From assembly GCA_951406725.2 (NCBI GenBank), contig OX597822.1, forward strand, positions 42,036,001 through 42,100,000: a stretch of DNA of 64,000 nt, written 5' to 3'. The notes under the pieces are model-generated. The model was not told the DNA's origin and searched no databases. It was given only the letters and a program-made list of their open reading frames with translations. Origin of the DNA: Octopus vulgaris. Its lineage: Eukaryota. Shown in pieces: positions 62,861 to 64,000 of the stretch (positions are counted from its first letter, which is position 1; each line of letters begins with the position of its first letter). The position numbers and the translations under genes were made by a program.

Positions 62861-64000
62861 GTAGTAGGCGTTGACTGGAGAAGACGTGTTTTTTTTAAGC
62901 TCCTGAGCTCGTGCGTTGAAGACGTTGCGTCTTTTGTGTGGGGAAAAAAATTGTAAAAACGTCGTAACGAGAACGAATCGCGCGAGGCACTTGCCGCTGC
63001 TTGCCGTTCTATTTTTTTCTCATTTTAGGTGAAAGAAAAGACGTCGTCCCTCTGTCATGGATACCTATGCGAGGGTTGCTGCAACAAGAAATGTCGCGTC
63101 ACTGGGTTTTAAAAATACTATTACAATTGATAAAGAAGATATTCAAAGGAGCGAACAGCACGTGAGAAGAGAGGGAGAAAGCATCAAGCTGATCCCTCCA
63201 GCAGAAACAACAGAGGATAAAAACATTAAGACCATTATATATAAAACTCAAGATACCAACACAAAGAAAATAGCATAGATATCAGAAGAAGAAATAGAAA
63301 AGTGTCTTGGAGACGTAATGGAAAGAGCAACATACGCCAGCAGAGGGAAAAAGTTCGGTACGGTGGAGGTGAGGTTTGCCACAAGTGAAGGGGCGGCCTC
63401 GCTATCCACCACGATATTCAGAACTGAAAGGTTTACAATGTTACCCTTTTATAAAGGAAGAAGAAGCATAAGGATTAAGATTCCGAACAATACCGCCGGA
63501 AATAAAAACAGAATGGCTGGTGATAGCGATTCTAGGTTCTACAAAAGACGAACCCGAACTGGGTATAGTTACCGAAACTAATATAGTGAACTGGAGGGGA
63601 TTCAGTGTCGAGATGTGGCTTATGGCCACAACAGAAGACATAGAGAGAATCCCCTTCCAGATAGAAGTGGAAAATGGACCAACGATAAATATTGTCGAAG
63701 GAAGGAGACCCAACTGTTGTCTGTGCGGAACTAGAGGACATATAAGGACTGAGTGTCCATTATATGAATTTACACAAGGTAAAGAGACAACAGAAAAGGA
63801 ACAAAAGAAACAACAGCAACAAGAGAAAGTTCAAACAGAAGGGAAAAGGTTAGGAAAAAACAGACTGAAAGAGAAAGAAAACAAAAAGGACAACAAGAAG
63901 AGAGAAATAGAAGAACCAAAAGAAGACAGCAAAGGAGCTACCAGTCCCAAAAGTAGAAAAAGATCGAAGACGTAGCGGAAAACAAAGGTAATGATACAGT
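62861..64000 (+). mobile_element. 5' end of an L1/Tx1-like non-LTR retrotransposon: CpG-rich 5'UTR and disrupted gag-like ORF1 with a CCHC zinc knuckle
   Basis: ATG at 63057 (MDTYARV), RRM-like KFGTVEVRF, GRRPNCCLCGTRGHIRTEC (CX2CX4HX4C), K/E-rich tail; one stop and one frameshift. Confidence 0.75.

Overview
Eukaryotic, AT-rich, microsatellite-dense animal DNA. The SINE, MITE and LINE families look like those of an octopus or other coleoid cephalopod (inference from recalled repeat families, not a database match). The main gene is the 3' part of an ARHGAP21/23-like (RhoGAP19D/PAC-1-type) gene on the + strand: 14 hand-spliced, phase-consistent coding exons from 16667 to 38384 (~1,250 aa) encoding a PH domain, a RhoGAP domain and a long low-complexity C-terminus. 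The rest is mostly transposable elements: several tRNA-derived SINE families, piggyBac- and hAT-type MITEs, Tc1/mariner relics, RTE and CR1-group LINE fragments, the 5' end of an L1/Tx1-like element, and a very young Penelope-like element (RT + GIY-YIG) with an inverted pseudo-LTR carrying a variant hammerhead-ribozyme fold. The best leads are: (i) a genomic CAG (Gln) at a normally conserved RhoGAP Arg, a candidate restorative A-to-I Q/R recoding site; (ii) the probably intact Penelope element with its ribozyme-like motif and an internally deleted inverted copy; (iii) three apparent SINE-LINE 3'-tail partnerships; (iv) an 80-bp-arm intronic hairpin. No prokaryote-type system, CRISPR array, rRNA or bona fide tRNA gene was found. 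Most ORFs in the supplied track are microsatellite artefacts.
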